IMG/VR virus record: IMGVR_UViG_3300011115_000472
Coordinates: 1 to 58,375 of that record
From: a virus
Lineage: Duplodnaviria > Caudoviricetes
Reading direction: 5' to 3' (one strand)
Length of the DNA stretch: 58,375 bases
Both the position numbers and the translations under genes were made by a program. The notes under the pieces are model-generated. The model ran no database searches. It was given only the letters and a program-made list of their open reading frames with translations, and had not been told where the DNA came from. Below are positions 10,179-21,400 of this stretch, piece by piece (within the stretch, counting starts at the first letter, position 1; each line of letters begins with the position of its first letter).

Positions 10179-10520
10179 TTATCCAACATTGCGCTCAAAA
10201 TGAGGGCAGTCCACCAGTGATTTAAAGTTGCCACCCCAGCGGTTCTTAGGGTTCAAACTTTCCCAGTAAGCCCCCAGAGGCGCAAGAATGCCCTTGTCCC
10301 ATATTATCTGCCCATCCTTGAAGAAGTTCAAGTCGATGGCGCACCGCTTCAGGTGGATTGAATTCAGGGTCTTGGAGCGGCCTGTTTTGACGTAGATGGC
10401 TTGTTGCTCGGGTGTACGGGCCAACTCCCCGCCAGTGACCACAAAACCCTGTTCCGTGGCGTACTGAATCAGCTTACAGGCATCCAGCAGAAATGCGGCT
10501 TGTTCTTGGCTGAGACTCAT
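10179..10520 (-). CDS. Endolysin, M15 family Zn peptidase
   Basis: R..EQQ, SIHLKRCAIDL and WGGNF..DCPHFE motifs (H/D/H ligands). Confidence 0.88.
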   Translation of the reverse strand: MSLSQEQAAFLLDACKLIQYATEQGFVVTGGELARTPEQQAIYVKTGRSKTLNSIHLKRCAIDLNFFKDGQIIWDKGILAPLGAYWESLNPKNRWGGNFKSLVDCPHFERNVG

Positions 10521-11035
10521 TCTTTGCCCCCTTTACGCATTTCCATGACCTTCTCAACGGTACGACCACCGAAATATGCGGTCATCACTATGAGGCCCCA
10601 TTGGCCCAGCAAAGTTATATAAGTTTCGCTTATCTTGTATCCAGCGCCATCAAGCAATGCAAATAGCAAATAGGCGGTCAGAATGTAGACCAAAGTGCCG
10701 GGTCGAACATTTTTCGACAGCCACGAGTCGGAGGCCATATCAGCCTTCCATCGGTCGGTCACGTTGTTGTCTTGGCTGGCTTGCGCGGCGAGAAGGGCTT
10801 TGAGTTCTTCCTGCTCAATTCTGGCCTTTTCAATGCCCAACTCAAGCAAGCGCTCCTCGTGGTCAAACTGCAACTGACGCAATTTGCTGACCTCTTCGGG
10901 GCTGGGGTTGTCAGAAATCTTTACGCCCAAAGTGTTTTCAACGACTTCTTTGCCCTTTGCTTGGAGTGCAGAAGACAAAAGACCCAAGCCGTTGGAGGCA
11001 AGGGTCGTAAGGAGAGATGCAACTATTGGAATCAT
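10517..11035 (-). CDS. Holin (3TM, GTA-holin-like)
   Basis: DSWLSKNVRP followed by TM helices and AYFGGRT; adjacent to the endolysin. Confidence 0.8.
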   Translation of the reverse strand: MIPIVASLLTTLASNGLGLLSSALQAKGKEVVENTLGVKISDNPSPEEVSKLRQLQFDHEERLLELGIEKARIEQEELKALLAAQASQDNNVTDRWKADMASDSWLSKNVRPGTLVYILTAYLLFALLDGAGYKISETYITLLGQWGLIVMTAYFGGRTVEKVMEMRKGGKE

Positions 11036-11037
11036 AA

Positions 11038-11493
11038 TTACCCTTTCAATTCAAAACTTAAATTTGGGTGGCGTGGATACTGCACAACGCGTTCACCCTC
11101 GGGGCATTTGTACTTGATCGTTGCCAGCAAGGTGGCTTTTCCGTCAGCAATTTTATCTTTTTGCACCATCGTTAATTGGTACGTAAATGTATCAATTTCT
11201 GGCCCTGCTGGGCCGCTAAATTTGCTGGCGGTGGTAGTTGCTTCATGCACCATGCCGGCGGCATCACGAATGCTTGGAGTAAAGCTTTCAACGGAGCAGT
11301 CGTCACGTTTTTTAATCCTTGCCACGGTGACATTGATAGGCTGTCCAGCCTCTGCCACAATTTTAAAATGCTCTGGCGACCACTCCAAAATAGCCCGATC
11401 AAACCAGCCAAATTTATCGGCTAACGTGTAACTGCCCCCTAATGCGGCAACGCTTGCGGCAACGGCTCCAATGGCTTTGGTAAGGTCAATCAT
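11038..11493 (-). CDS. Membrane-anchored hypothetical protein in the lysis cassette
   Basis: N-terminal hydrophobic helix, two Cys, beta-rich body. Confidence 0.7.
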   Translation of the reverse strand: MIDLTKAIGAVAASVAALGGSYTLADKFGWFDRAILEWSPEHFKIVAEAGQPINVTVARIKKRDDCSVESFTPSIRDAAGMVHEATTTASKFSGPAGPEIDTFTYQLTMVQKDKIADGKATLLATIKYKCPEGERVVQYPRHPNLSFELKG

Positions 11494-11687
11494 TACAGTC
11501 CCAGCACTTTTTTGATAAGCTCCCCAGCGACACCCGGCCCAAACAACACGCAGACAATTACCGCATACAAGATGTACTCGATGCGTTGCATACGATCACT
11601 GCCGCTCATCAGGCGATCAGAGATGACCCGGTACCGCTCTGAGCACACAGCTTCGTGAACGGCAAAATCTTTTTCTATGTCACTCAT
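11493..11687 (-). CDS. Small coiled-coil + TM protein (XhlA/holin-like)
   Basis: Start reassigned to MSDIEKDFAVHEAVCSERY; C-terminal TM. Confidence 0.7.
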   Translation of the reverse strand: MSDIEKDFAVHEAVCSERYRVISDRLMSGSDRMQRIEYILYAVIVCVLFGPGVAGELIKKVLGL

Positions 11688-11850
11688 TTGGCGTTTGCTC
11701 TGTTGATTTAGGAGCAATTTGCATTGTGCCTTGGACTCTAATTTTGTTGAATAGATCAAGCACTTCTACCAACGGCTGTTTTGCAATCATCACTAGGATT
11801 GCATCAATTTCTTTAACGCTCAGCGTTAGTGTAATTTCTTTGTCTTGCAT
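11680..11850 (-). CDS. Small hypothetical protein (56 aa) after the tail fibre genes
   Basis: MQDKEITLTLSVKEIDAILVMIAKQP...; RBS AAGGAG; below the track cutoff. Confidence 0.75.
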   Translation of the reverse strand: MQDKEITLTLSVKEIDAILVMIAKQPLVEVLDLFNKIRVQGTMQIAPKSTEQTPNE

Positions 11851-11860
11851 TTATGTCTCC

Positions 11861-14788
11861 TTAAAAGAATTGAAAAAATCTACCTTTTCCCGTGCTTCCA
11901 AAAGTCCAGCCTGTGTTATTTAATGCATTAACGTTTGTTGCCGAAGTTGCATCCCAAGTTGCCCCGCCAGTAGCGGCAGAATCTTGGATGGATAGATACG
12001 TCACAGTATTTGTGCCGCTTGCATCCGATATAGTCGCCTGTGTTCCCGGCGTTGTGCTTTTTAAGTATTTCAGCGTTGTGCCTGATGTGACAAATGACCC
12101 CACGGTGCTAGTAGCCCCCGCCGCCAATTTCAAAGTTCCAAGGCTAAATGTCAATGCTCGAGTTGAGCCAAGGGTCAAAGCATCTGCACAAGTTACTGTT
12201 GTTGCACTATTCCCATTAATGGTGATGGGAAAATCCATCGTCTTGGCATTGCTGGTAATTGTTTGCGTACCGCTTGTTGCGCTAAACGACATTGCACTTG
12301 CACTAGCAGTAAGCGTCATTCCTGAGGCAAGCGTTAGGTTGCCATAGATCACCCCTGTAGATGTCGCCCCCCACGTTCCAGCATATCCTGTAAAGTTTAC
12401 ATTTCTGGCTGAATAGCTGGCTGTTCCTAAAAACGTCAGCGCATAAGTTCCACCCGTAAAGTTATAACTGATGGAATTGGCTTCTGATAATGCGCCTGTG
12501 GATGCAGTAATAGCAGTAGAGCCTGCAGACGTTACGTTAACTACTTGTGTCCCTGTTGTTGTAAGCCCTGTAACTGTTGTTGTATCCCACACAGTACCTG
12601 TACCTGTACAAGTAATATTTCCTGTACCAAAAGCAATTGTTCTTGTGTTTGTGTAGTTACTGTTAAATGAACCTGTGCTTAACGTAAATGATTGAAGGTC
12701 TAAAGTGGAAAAAATTAAATATGCAGTTTTTGTGGCTCCTACGGTCATATTATCAAGAAGCTGAATTGTGGCAACAAAAACACCCAACCCCACATTAAAA
12801 TCCATTACCTTTCCATTTGAAGTAATCTGCTGAGTTCCAGTAAATGCACTAAAATAAAGTGTTCTTGTGCTTGCAGTTAGCGACATCCCTGTGGATAACG
12901 TTAGATTTCCATAAATTACTGGAGAAGTTAATCCAATCTGTTGCCATGTACCAGCATAACCAGTGAAGTTAACATTTTTTGCGGCATGTTGAGAAGTTCC
13001 AAGAAACGTCAACGCATAAGTACCACCAGTAAAGTTAAAACTGATAGAGTTGGACTCTGACATTATGCCGGGCAATACTGTAATAGCAGTAGAGCCAGTA
13101 GAGGTGACGTTAACTACTTTAGTCCCTGTTGTGGTTAAGCTTGAAGCAGTTGACGTAGACCACGCAGTACCTACACCAGTACAAGTAATGTTGCCCGTAC
13201 CAAAAGCAATTGTTCTTGTGGATGAGCCGCTTGAACTAAATAAGCCTGTGCTTAGCGTAAATGATTGAAGGTCTAAAGTGCCTCTGGTTAATGTTGTTGT
13301 AATTGTTGCTCCTACTGTAAAAGCATCTTGTAATTGAACAGTTGAACTTGGTGCGTCAATTGTTATAGGTCTACCAAATGATATTCCAGCACTTGTTATT
13401 TGTTGTGTAGTGCGCCCTGAAAAAGTCATTATTCCAGTGCCAGTATTTGTAATGCCTGTGCCATTTGTCCAATTTCCGTAGATTGTTGGATAATTTGTAC
13501 TTGTTGCCAGCGTCATCGTGTTTGACGTTCTCAAAGACATATCTATCGTGCCAATGTTGTAATCGGCATTAATAGTTGTCGTAGAACCACTGGCAGGATA
13601 TGTAGCCGCAGGAAATACCGCAGTATCTTGCGGCAATGGAAACTGAGTTGCATCTAACGCACCACCTGATGTGGCAGACCAAGACCCTGAACCTGACGCA
13701 CCCCAATTAGCAGAACCTGTTTGACCATAATAAACAGTCTTAGCCGAAGGAAAAGTAATATTGGTGTTCCCGCCACAATTACCCAATCTAGTGCCTGACA
13801 ACGTGCCATGCGCCCCTGCTATTGTGATGTCTCTAAAATCAACATCAGTCATAGCGGCAATAGATGCACAAGTTAATGTGCGTGTAGTTCCAATAACGGA
13901 AGAAGCGAACCCTGTGCGATAAGGTGCGCCAAGAGACGCAGTAACCGTTAATGTTCCGTTGATTGTTTGGTTGGATTCAAAAGTAAACGTACTTATAAAA
14001 TCAAGGCTAGTCTTACTTGCTACAGTGAAATTATTAAATGTGTTTGCGCCTGTAATTGGTGCGCCTGAATTAGCAAGAGGCCACGCCACATTGTAAAAAG
14101 TAAGCCCACCGCCTGACGCATCTATTCCAGTAGACGTGCCATTGAAATTTATTGTTGATGTCCCAGCGTTAAATGCCCAATTTGTAGGAGTGCATTGGAT
14201 GCCGGGCGTAAAACTGCCTGTATTACAAGTAGAAGCATTTAAATTCAACGTTCTTACGTTTGAGTTTGCCGACGACAATTGACCCCAAGTAAAAGCGTAA
14301 TTTCCTACTGATGATGTATCAATAGTTCCATTTGTATGGGTAACAAAATTGCTACAGTTGAAAGCACTTCCAAACGTCCATACTCCGCCAATACCGTTAA
14401 AAGTAACTGCGCTGGTAAAAGTTTTGCCGTTGGCTGTTATAGTTTTGCCAGCCGTCGTAGCGTTAAATGTAGTTGTGCCGCTGTATGTAATGGTTAAGTT
14501 TGTGGCTGGAAATAAAAGACTGCCAGATATTGTCAATCCAATGCTTGTACCATCAAGCGTCATTACTCCATCTAAACCTGACGCTGTAAAGTCATTACAG
14601 ACTCTTGGGTCATTTGCCATAGTGACTGTGAATGCACCAGTTCCTACGTTTGAATTGACATCAAAAAAAACGTTATCTGCCGCCGTAGGGACAGATGCAC
14701 CTGTACCACCACCTGATGATGCAGACCAGTTGGCTGTGCTTGTGGCATCCCAAGTACCTGTACCACCCACCCAATATCTATCAGCCAT
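11861..14788 (-). CDS. Large beta-helix-like tail fibre/spike protein (paralog 2)
   Basis: 975 aa Thr/Gly/Ser-rich; MADRYWVGGTG start shared with 16741..19605. Confidence 0.75.
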   Translation of the reverse strand: MADRYWVGGTGTWDATSTANWSASSGGGTGASVPTAADNVFFDVNSNVGTGAFTVTMANDPRVCNDFTASGLDGVMTLDGTSIGLTISGSLLFPATNLTITYSGTTTFNATTAGKTITANGKTFTSAVTFNGIGGVWTFGSAFNCSNFVTHTNGTIDTSSVGNYAFTWGQLSSANSNVRTLNLNASTCNTGSFTPGIQCTPTNWAFNAGTSTINFNGTSTGIDASGGGLTFYNVAWPLANSGAPITGANTFNNFTVASKTSLDFISTFTFESNQTINGTLTVTASLGAPYRTGFASSVIGTTRTLTCASIAAMTDVDFRDITIAGAHGTLSGTRLGNCGGNTNITFPSAKTVYYGQTGSANWGASGSGSWSATSGGALDATQFPLPQDTAVFPAATYPASGSTTTINADYNIGTIDMSLRTSNTMTLATSTNYPTIYGNWTNGTGITNTGTGIMTFSGRTTQQITSAGISFGRPITIDAPSSTVQLQDAFTVGATITTTLTRGTLDLQSFTLSTGLFSSSGSSTRTIAFGTGNITCTGVGTAWSTSTASSLTTTGTKVVNVTSTGSTAITVLPGIMSESNSISFNFTGGTYALTFLGTSQHAAKNVNFTGYAGTWQQIGLTSPVIYGNLTLSTGMSLTASTRTLYFSAFTGTQQITSNGKVMDFNVGLGVFVATIQLLDNMTVGATKTAYLIFSTLDLQSFTLSTGSFNSNYTNTRTIAFGTGNITCTGTGTVWDTTTVTGLTTTGTQVVNVTSAGSTAITASTGALSEANSISYNFTGGTYALTFLGTASYSARNVNFTGYAGTWGATSTGVIYGNLTLASGMTLTASASAMSFSATSGTQTITSNAKTMDFPITINGNSATTVTCADALTLGSTRALTFSLGTLKLAAGATSTVGSFVTSGTTLKYLKSTTPGTQATISDASGTNTVTYLSIQDSAATGGATWDATSATNVNALNNTGWTFGSTGKGRFFQFF

Positions 14789-14800
14789 GTCAACTCCCTA

Positions 14801-16717
14801 TTAAAAACCAAAGTTGCTGGCAACCAATTGCCATTTTGAATTGACAGAGTTGTACATAAACCCCATGTAATCATACTTGCCACCACTGCTAGATACAGTA
14901 GGCAATGCAACGTCATTAGAGCCTTGAAAAATAGCATTCCATGAGAACGTTTGTACAGCAGTAGAAGACATTCTAAAAATCAATTTTTGCCCGTTTGTAG
15001 GCGTTCCTGTAGGCGCGTTAACAGTAAATGTTGCCGCACCTTGGGTATTAGGCATTGTGGCTATATCTGTTGTGTCACCGTTTATTGTGATAGATGCGGC
15101 TGTAGCAGTGTTTACAACACGAGCCTGAATGGTCTTGTTGCTCAATGTTTCAGTACCAGCCAACGTAGCCAACGTTCCAGTCGTTGGCAAAGTCACCCCC
15201 GTGGTTCCAGAAACCGTAAAAGTTGTGGCAAAGTTTCCTGTAATGGTTAGGGTACTAGCGGCGTTGTTTGCCACGCCAGTGCCACCATAAGCAGGCCCAA
15301 TAACGCTTCCATTCCACGTACCTGAAGTGATGGTTCCAATACTTGCCAAACTAGACAATGTTGTAACAGCAGTGTTTACCAAAGTGCCGCTTGTTGGCAA
15401 CGTAACGCTCGTAAGAGCAGTGGTGGTGAGGGTAAGTCCAAACGCTCCAGCGGTCGTAAAAGCTCCTGCTGTAGAAACATTTCCACCAACAGTAATGGTA
15501 TTTGCACCGTTGTTAACTCCAGTGCCACCGTAGGTTGCGCCAATAACGGTAGCATTCCAAGTTCCAGAGGTAACTGTGCCAATACTAGCAAGGCTCGACA
15601 ATGTCGTTACAGCAGTGTTTACCAGCGTTCCAGAGGTTGGCAAAGTAACACTGGTAAGAGCAGTTGTGGTCAAAGTCAGACCAAAAGCACCAGCGGTTGT
15701 AAATGCCCCAGCAGTTGTGAGCGCTCCAGCAGTGGAAACATTACCACCCACAGTAATTGTGTTAGCGCCATTATTTACGCCCGTTCCACCATAAGTAGCG
15801 CCAATAATGGTGGCATTCCAAGTCCCCGCGGTAATGGTGCCAACGCTTACAAGACTAGATAAGGTGGTTACAGCCGAATTGACCAATGTTCCAGTTGTTG
15901 GGAATGTCACGCTTGTGTTAGCGCTTAAATTACCCGTGAACGTGTAAGCCCCTGACATGGTGACGTTGCCACCAATGGTGATGGTGTTTGCTCCGTTGTT
16001 GACGCCTGTGCCACCGTTTGTGCCACCTAACGTACCAGAGACGTGTGTTGTAAGCCCGATCTTTCCCCAAGCTGGGGCCGTGGTAACTCCGCCTGATATC
16101 AATGCATTACCAGTGGCCACATCAGCAAGTTTTGCAAAAGTTGTGGTGGTGTCGGCATAAAGCAAATCGCCCACCGCATACGACGCATAACCTGTACCGC
16201 CGTTTGCGGCCACAAGGGTTCCCGCCACCGTTACCGCGCCCGAAGTCGCGCTTGATGGGGTCAGACCAGTCGTGCCAAACGAAATTGTGGTCACCGCCAC
16301 GCCAGACAATGTAGACCACTGGGGTGCCGTACCCGTAGAGGTCAGAATCTGTCCCGCCGTACCGATTCCCAACTTGGTCAGAATAGTGCCCGAAGCATAG
16401 TAGGACAGGTCACCAGCGGTGTAAGAAGTCAGCCCAGTACCGCCAGAAGACGTATCTAACGTGCCTGCAAGGGTCACTACTCCAGTTGTTGCAGTTGACG
16501 GTGTCAAGCCACCCAAAGATGTCTGGAAGGACAGAACTGGCGCAGAGGTGGCGTTTGATGCCAACAACTTGACGGTTCCAGCCGCATTCTTGAAGTACAA
16601 CTTCTCATCTTGAATGTTGATTGCCAACTCGCCGCTGGCAAGATTTGTATTTAACGGCACGGCTAACGCTGTTGTGCTGTAGTACAACGAAATTGGGGTA
16701 TAGCCTGATGCTGACAT
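14801..16717 (-). CDS. Tail fibre protein
   Basis: N-terminal LASGELAINIQDEKLYFKN attachment-type motif; three to four GGTGV(N/A)N repeats. Confidence 0.78.
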   Translation of the reverse strand: MSASGYTPISLYYSTTALAVPLNTNLASGELAINIQDEKLYFKNAAGTVKLLASNATSAPVLSFQTSLGGLTPSTATTGVVTLAGTLDTSSGGTGLTSYTAGDLSYYASGTILTKLGIGTAGQILTSTGTAPQWSTLSGVAVTTISFGTTGLTPSSATSGAVTVAGTLVAANGGTGYASYAVGDLLYADTTTTFAKLADVATGNALISGGVTTAPAWGKIGLTTHVSGTLGGTNGGTGVNNGANTITIGGNVTMSGAYTFTGNLSANTSVTFPTTGTLVNSAVTTLSSLVSVGTITAGTWNATIIGATYGGTGVNNGANTITVGGNVSTAGALTTAGAFTTAGAFGLTLTTTALTSVTLPTSGTLVNTAVTTLSSLASIGTVTSGTWNATVIGATYGGTGVNNGANTITVGGNVSTAGAFTTAGAFGLTLTTTALTSVTLPTSGTLVNTAVTTLSSLASIGTITSGTWNGSVIGPAYGGTGVANNAASTLTITGNFATTFTVSGTTGVTLPTTGTLATLAGTETLSNKTIQARVVNTATAASITINGDTTDIATMPNTQGAATFTVNAPTGTPTNGQKLIFRMSSTAVQTFSWNAIFQGSNDVALPTVSSSGGKYDYMGFMYNSVNSKWQLVASNFGF

Positions 16718-16740
16718 GGGTTTGTCCTCCTTGCTTGATT

Positions 16741-19605
16741 TTATCGATATCTTAGTAACATTAGGAAGTTACCGCTTGACGCAGAGGTAATAAAATTCCA
16801 CCCCGAGTTATTGCCCCCGTCTGTCGAATTTATGGCATTCCAAGTAGCTCCACCAGTAGCCGTCGATCTACTGATAGACAAATAGTTTGAATTGACAGTT
16901 CCACTTGATTTTGACAGCGTGTGGCTTGCGGCAGTTGCAGAGCCAATCGTCACCAAGTTACCCGCAGTTCCGTTGACGTTCCAGTTGGTTACTGTGGTAG
17001 TTGTTGCCGCAGTAAACGTGAAAGTAGTAGGTTGAACAGAGTTAGAAATGCTTGTAAATGTGTTTGACCCTGTTATGGTCAATGCGCCAGCACCAGCGTT
17101 TTGTAATGTGCAGTTAAAGGTAGAGCCACCACCCACAAATGTCTTAGCAGTTGCGGCAGTCATTGAAATTGTGCCTGTGCCTGTGCCTGCGGTAGTTGTA
17201 AAACCTGCGGGAACAACGTTATAAAAAGCAGTTGTAGAGGCTGTTGGGCAGACTAATGTGCCACCGTTAAAAGTTAAGTTTTTTGTTCCTGCTACAGTTT
17301 GCAATGTTAAGCCAACAGTTAATGTTTGTCCATTTAAATTTAAAGTTCCAGCGGTTAAAAAACAAGTTCTTGTAGAACCCATTGTCAAGGCATCTTGCAG
17401 TTGGAATGTCCCACCAACTCCATTAAAATTAAGCGGGAAATCTATTGTTTTGGTGTTTGTTGTTATTTGCTGAGTGCCACTAGTTGCCCCAAATAACATT
17501 GCGTTTGTACTAGCAGTAAGCGTCATGCCTGTAGAAAATTTTAAATTTCCATATATTGTGGCATTAACGCCTGTTGCACCTAATGTTCCAGCATAACCAG
17601 TAAAGTCTACGTTTCTTGCTGTGTGGCTGGTTCCTGATAAAAACGTCAAGGCATAAATCCCACCAGTAAAGTTAAAACTGATAGAGTTTGCTTGTGATAA
17701 TGCACCGGGTGCAACAGTAATAAGAGTAGAACCCGTACTTGTGACGTTAACGACTTGTGTGCCTGTTGTTGTTAAGTTTGAGGCTGTTGATGTAGACCAC
17801 ACCGTACCTGTACCAGTACAAGATATTTGACCTGTACCAAACGCAATTGTTCTAGTGTTTGTATTGCTTGAACTAAATAAACCTATGGATAACGTAAAAT
17901 TGTTTAGGTTTAATGTGCCAGTTGTAAGCACAATTGTTGCTGTTGCTGTTGTTGTCAATGCATCTTGCAAAGCAACAGAACCACTTGGGCTGTCAATAAA
18001 AATAGCTTGAGTAAATGTTCTGCCAGCACTTGTAATAGTTTGTGTTGTACGCCCTGAAAAATATATGTTGTTTACGCTCGATAATGTAATACCAGTACCA
18101 TTAATCCAATTGCCATATATGACTGGGTTACTTGAGGTATTTGCCAACGTCATAGTATTTGACGTTCGCAACGACATGTCTATTGTTCCTATGTTGTAAT
18201 TGCCATTAATGGTTGTCGTAGAACCGCTTGCAGGGTAAGTAGCCGCAGGAAATACTGCAGTATCTTGTGCTAATGGGAACTGAGTGGCATCTAATGCGCC
18301 GCCTGATGTTGCAGACCATGAGCCTGATCCTGCACCGCCCCAGTTATTACTACCAGTTTGACCATAATAAACAGTCTTAGCCGCAGGGAAAGTAATGTTG
18401 CTATTTCCCTTACAATTACCTAACCTAGTTCCTGACCAAGTACCTGATGCGCCAGCGGCAACAATATCTCTAAAATCAATATCAGTTAAAGACGCAACAG
18501 TTGCAACTGTTAATGTACGTGAAGTTGCCACAGTGTCAGAGGCAATCATTGTGCGATATGCCGCCGCAGTGCCTGCGCTTATAGTTAATGTGCCACTTAT
18601 TGTTTGGTTTGCGCCAAAATTATATTGACTAATGCCAAGACTAGTTCTGCTGGCCAGAGATAAATTGGTAAATGTATTTGTGCCTGTAATTGTTGCCGCA
18701 GAGGTTAAACCACCTGATGTATACGCTACATTGTAATAAGTTAATCCACCACCATTAAAAACTGGCCCAGAAGCACTTGTAATGTTAATTGTTGATGTTC
18801 CAGCATTAAGTGTTGCACTGGTGCTGGTTGCCATATTCCAAGCATTACTATTAGAGCTTAATGTTAATGTAGATGCATTTAAATTAATTGTTCTTGCGGT
18901 TGCGACACTTGAGCTAAAAGCAGTAGCAGTTACCGCATAATTTCCCGAGGAAGAAGTACTAAATGTTCCACTTGTTACAACAACTGTTACACTAGATAAA
19001 GCACTACCAAGCGTCCATCCTCCGCCAACGCCATTAAAATCAACATTTGCACCAAAAGCAACGCCATTGGTAGTTACTGTTTTTCCAGTTGTTGTTGCGT
19101 TAAATGTGGTTGCTCCGTTATATGTTATAGTAAAGTTTGTGGCTTGAAATGTGAGACTGCCTGATACTGTTAATCCAATAGCAGAACCAGCAAGCGTCAT
19201 CGTTCCATCAAGCCCTGACGCTGTAAAGTCATTACATAGTCTTGGCGTAACCGACATGGTGACTGTAAATGCCGTTGTGCCACTATTTGAATTGGCATCA
19301 AAAAATACAGAGTCTGCCGCTGTTGGTACAGACGCGCCAACAGTCGCCGCGCTCATGCTTTGCGATGCGTAAGTGCCACCAACAGACACAACCCACGTAT
19401 TAACTGCACCGCTGACAATTGTGCCAAGTGAAACATGGGCGCTTGACCATACAGTCATCCCCGCCACAAGTGCGGGTGATCCAGTAGTCGTTAAAGCAGT
19501 ACCAGTGCAAGTGGCAGTAAAAGACAAACCTGTGGCTGTAGACCAATTAGCTGTGCTTACGTCACTCCAAGCGCCAGTTCCACCTACCCAATAGCGATTG
19601 GCCAT
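16741..19605 (-). CDS. Large beta-helix-like tail fibre/spike protein (paralog 1)
   Basis: 954 aa; colinear paralog of 11861..14788. Confidence 0.75.
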   Translation of the reverse strand: MANRYWVGGTGAWSDVSTANWSTATGLSFTATCTGTALTTTGSPALVAGMTVWSSAHVSLGTIVSGAVNTWVVSVGGTYASQSMSAATVGASVPTAADSVFFDANSNSGTTAFTVTMSVTPRLCNDFTASGLDGTMTLAGSAIGLTVSGSLTFQATNFTITYNGATTFNATTTGKTVTTNGVAFGANVDFNGVGGGWTLGSALSSVTVVVTSGTFSTSSSGNYAVTATAFSSSVATARTINLNASTLTLSSNSNAWNMATSTSATLNAGTSTINITSASGPVFNGGGLTYYNVAYTSGGLTSAATITGTNTFTNLSLASRTSLGISQYNFGANQTISGTLTISAGTAAAYRTMIASDTVATSRTLTVATVASLTDIDFRDIVAAGASGTWSGTRLGNCKGNSNITFPAAKTVYYGQTGSNNWGGAGSGSWSATSGGALDATQFPLAQDTAVFPAATYPASGSTTTINGNYNIGTIDMSLRTSNTMTLANTSSNPVIYGNWINGTGITLSSVNNIYFSGRTTQTITSAGRTFTQAIFIDSPSGSVALQDALTTTATATIVLTTGTLNLNNFTLSIGLFSSSNTNTRTIAFGTGQISCTGTGTVWSTSTASNLTTTGTQVVNVTSTGSTLITVAPGALSQANSISFNFTGGIYALTFLSGTSHTARNVDFTGYAGTLGATGVNATIYGNLKFSTGMTLTASTNAMLFGATSGTQQITTNTKTIDFPLNFNGVGGTFQLQDALTMGSTRTCFLTAGTLNLNGQTLTVGLTLQTVAGTKNLTFNGGTLVCPTASTTAFYNVVPAGFTTTAGTGTGTISMTAATAKTFVGGGSTFNCTLQNAGAGALTITGSNTFTSISNSVQPTTFTFTAATTTTVTNWNVNGTAGNLVTIGSATAASHTLSKSSGTVNSNYLSISRSTATGGATWNAINSTDGGNNSGWNFITSASSGNFLMLLRYR

Positions 19606-19608
19606 TTG

Positions 19609-19785
19609 TTACTCTGTAGAAGTTTCTTCAGCAGGGGGTGCGTTCACAATAGCCCACCAATTGTCAAATCGTTGTTGCTTCATCGCTTCAATTTCAGCAT
19701 CTGTAAGCGTGTGGTCTTCTGGCAAATGAATTGCATCAGAAAATACGCCGCAAGGTGAATCAAATTTAAAATCAATTTTAATCAT
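19609..19785 (-). CDS. Small hypothetical protein (58 aa)
   Basis: MIKIDFKFDSPCGVFSDAIHLPEDHTLTDAEIEAMKQQRFDNWW...; RBS AAGGA; fills the gap exactly. Confidence 0.8.
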   Translation of the reverse strand: MIKIDFKFDSPCGVFSDAIHLPEDHTLTDAEIEAMKQQRFDNWWAIVNAPPAEETSTE

Positions 19786-19795
19786 TGTGTTTTCC

Positions 19796-21400
19796 TTACA
19801 GTTGAGTTGTTACCGCAATCACGTCCCAACGTGTGTTGTTTGCGTTGTAGATGCATCCCACATACGTTGTTTTATTTGCTGTTGTAGCCGTTGGAAGTGT
19901 TACTCCAATTACCACATAAGTCGCATCCCACGTCAATGTGCGGGTTGTTCCATTATCTAAAAACCTAAAAATTAAAGAATTTCCATCGACAGGAGTTCCA
20001 GTAGGGGCATTAATTGTTAGGGTCGCCGCTAAGGCTGTAAAAGCATATTCGTCATAGGAAGCAATTGTGGGTGTCACTGACGACGCAGAAGCCACAGACA
20101 ACACCCTAGGATCAATCCTTTTGTTAGTCAGGGTATCTGTTGTTGCTCGACCAACTAGGGTGTCGGTGCTGGTGGGCAGAGTCAGCGTACCAGTGTTGAC
20201 GATGGTTCCGATGACAGGCGATGTCAGCGTCTTATTGGTCAAAGTGTCGGTGGTCGCACGGCCAACCAAGGTGTCGGTGCTGGTGGGCAAAGTCAACGTG
20301 CCAGTATTAACAATTGTCGAGATGACAGGGCTGGTTAGTGTCTTGTTAGTCAGGGTCTGGGTAGCCGTCAAGGTCACCACATTTATGCCGCCCACGGTCA
20401 CCGCAGTGGCATTAAACGTCCCATCAGTCACTGTCTTTCCAGTGAAGGTTAAAGCCGTAGGCAAAGACAGCGTGACAGTCGTTGTGCCTGTCGAGGTGAT
20501 TTCATTTGCCGTGCCATTGACGGCAGTCACCGCGCCAATTGATGCGGCACTAATTGTCACGTTGGCGGCGGCAGTCAATTGACCTTGAGCGTTAACCGTA
20601 AAGGTTCCGACCTCAGTTGTAGAGCCGTAAGACCCAGCAGTGACAGCGGTGCTGGCAATTGAAATTGTGCCAGTACTAGTGATTGGGCCACCAGTCAGAC
20701 CAGTGCCAGTATTAATTTGAGTAACCGTACCACCCGCTAATGCTGGCTGAGTAGTAATTGAAGTAATTCGACCAAATACATCAACTGTAACTACTGGAAT
20801 TGCACTTGCCGAACCGTAATTTCCAGCAGAAATACCAGTTGCAATTAAATTTATAGTAGGGTTACCCGTTGACCCATCAGGATTTACAACGCTAATATTT
20901 CCAAGCGTTCCAGCAATTGCCAAAGCGCTAACCAGCCCAGCATTTACACCAACCAAACCAGTCGAGCCAGACATGGATTGAAAGTTAGCAAGGAAGGCAC
21001 CAAGCGTTATTTGAGGGTTTGCAGACACCCCAGTACCATTGACAACACCTAACCCTGTACCAACCGTAATTTGACGCGCTGTGAGCGTGTTTGCGTCGGT
21101 TTTAACTTGTATTCCAACACCAGATGCATTTAAACTTGATGCCGCACCAGTTAAATTGATTTGTACGGTGCCTTGAGCACCAGTATCAACTGTCTGGAGC
21201 CCACTTCCAACTGCCAAATAACGTGAATTTGGCAACCCAGCTTGCTGTGTAACAGTCAAAAACGTGTATTGCAAGTTTGGTTGTGCCGCAATATCGCCAG
21301 TTGTAGTCTGAACAGTTACTCCGTTTTGGACAATAGGTACCGATTCACTGCCAGTTAAAGCAAGTGCCGTGGGTAAATCAGTTATTTTTACTTGTGCCAT
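19796..21400 (-). CDS. Tail fibre protein
   Basis: [11 protein letters not shown]-terminus; TVD..GRIT and [12 protein letters not shown] fibre repeats. Confidence 0.8.
   Translation of the reverse strand: MAQVKITDLPTALALTGSESVPIVQNGVTVQTTTGDIAAQPNLQYTFLTVTQQAGLPNSRYLAVGSGLQTVDTGAQGTVQINLTGAASSLNASGVGIQVKTDANTLTARQITVGTGLGVVNGTGVSANPQITLGAFLANFQSMSGSTGLVGVNAGLVSALAIAGTLGNISVVNPDGSTGNPTINLIATGISAGNYGSASAIPVVTVDVFGRITSITTQPALAGGTVTQINTGTGLTGGPITSTGTISIASTAVTAGSYGSTTEVGTFTVNAQGQLTAAANVTISAASIGAVTAVNGTANEITSTGTTTVTLSLPTALTFTGKTVTDGTFNATAVTVGGINVVTLTATQTLTNKTLTSPVISTIVNTGTLTLPTSTDTLVGRATTDTLTNKTLTSPVIGTIVNTGTLTLPTSTDTLVGRATTDTLTNKRIDPRVLSVASASSVTPTIASYDEYAFTALAATLTINAPTGTPVDGNSLIFRFLDNGTTRTLTWDATYVVIGVTLPTATTANKTTYVGCIYNANNTRWDVIAVTTQL

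Noticed and set aside
11861-19605. Diversity-generating retroelement TR/VR pair
   Set aside because: No reverse transcriptase; differences between repeats are mostly synonymous and not adenine-specific
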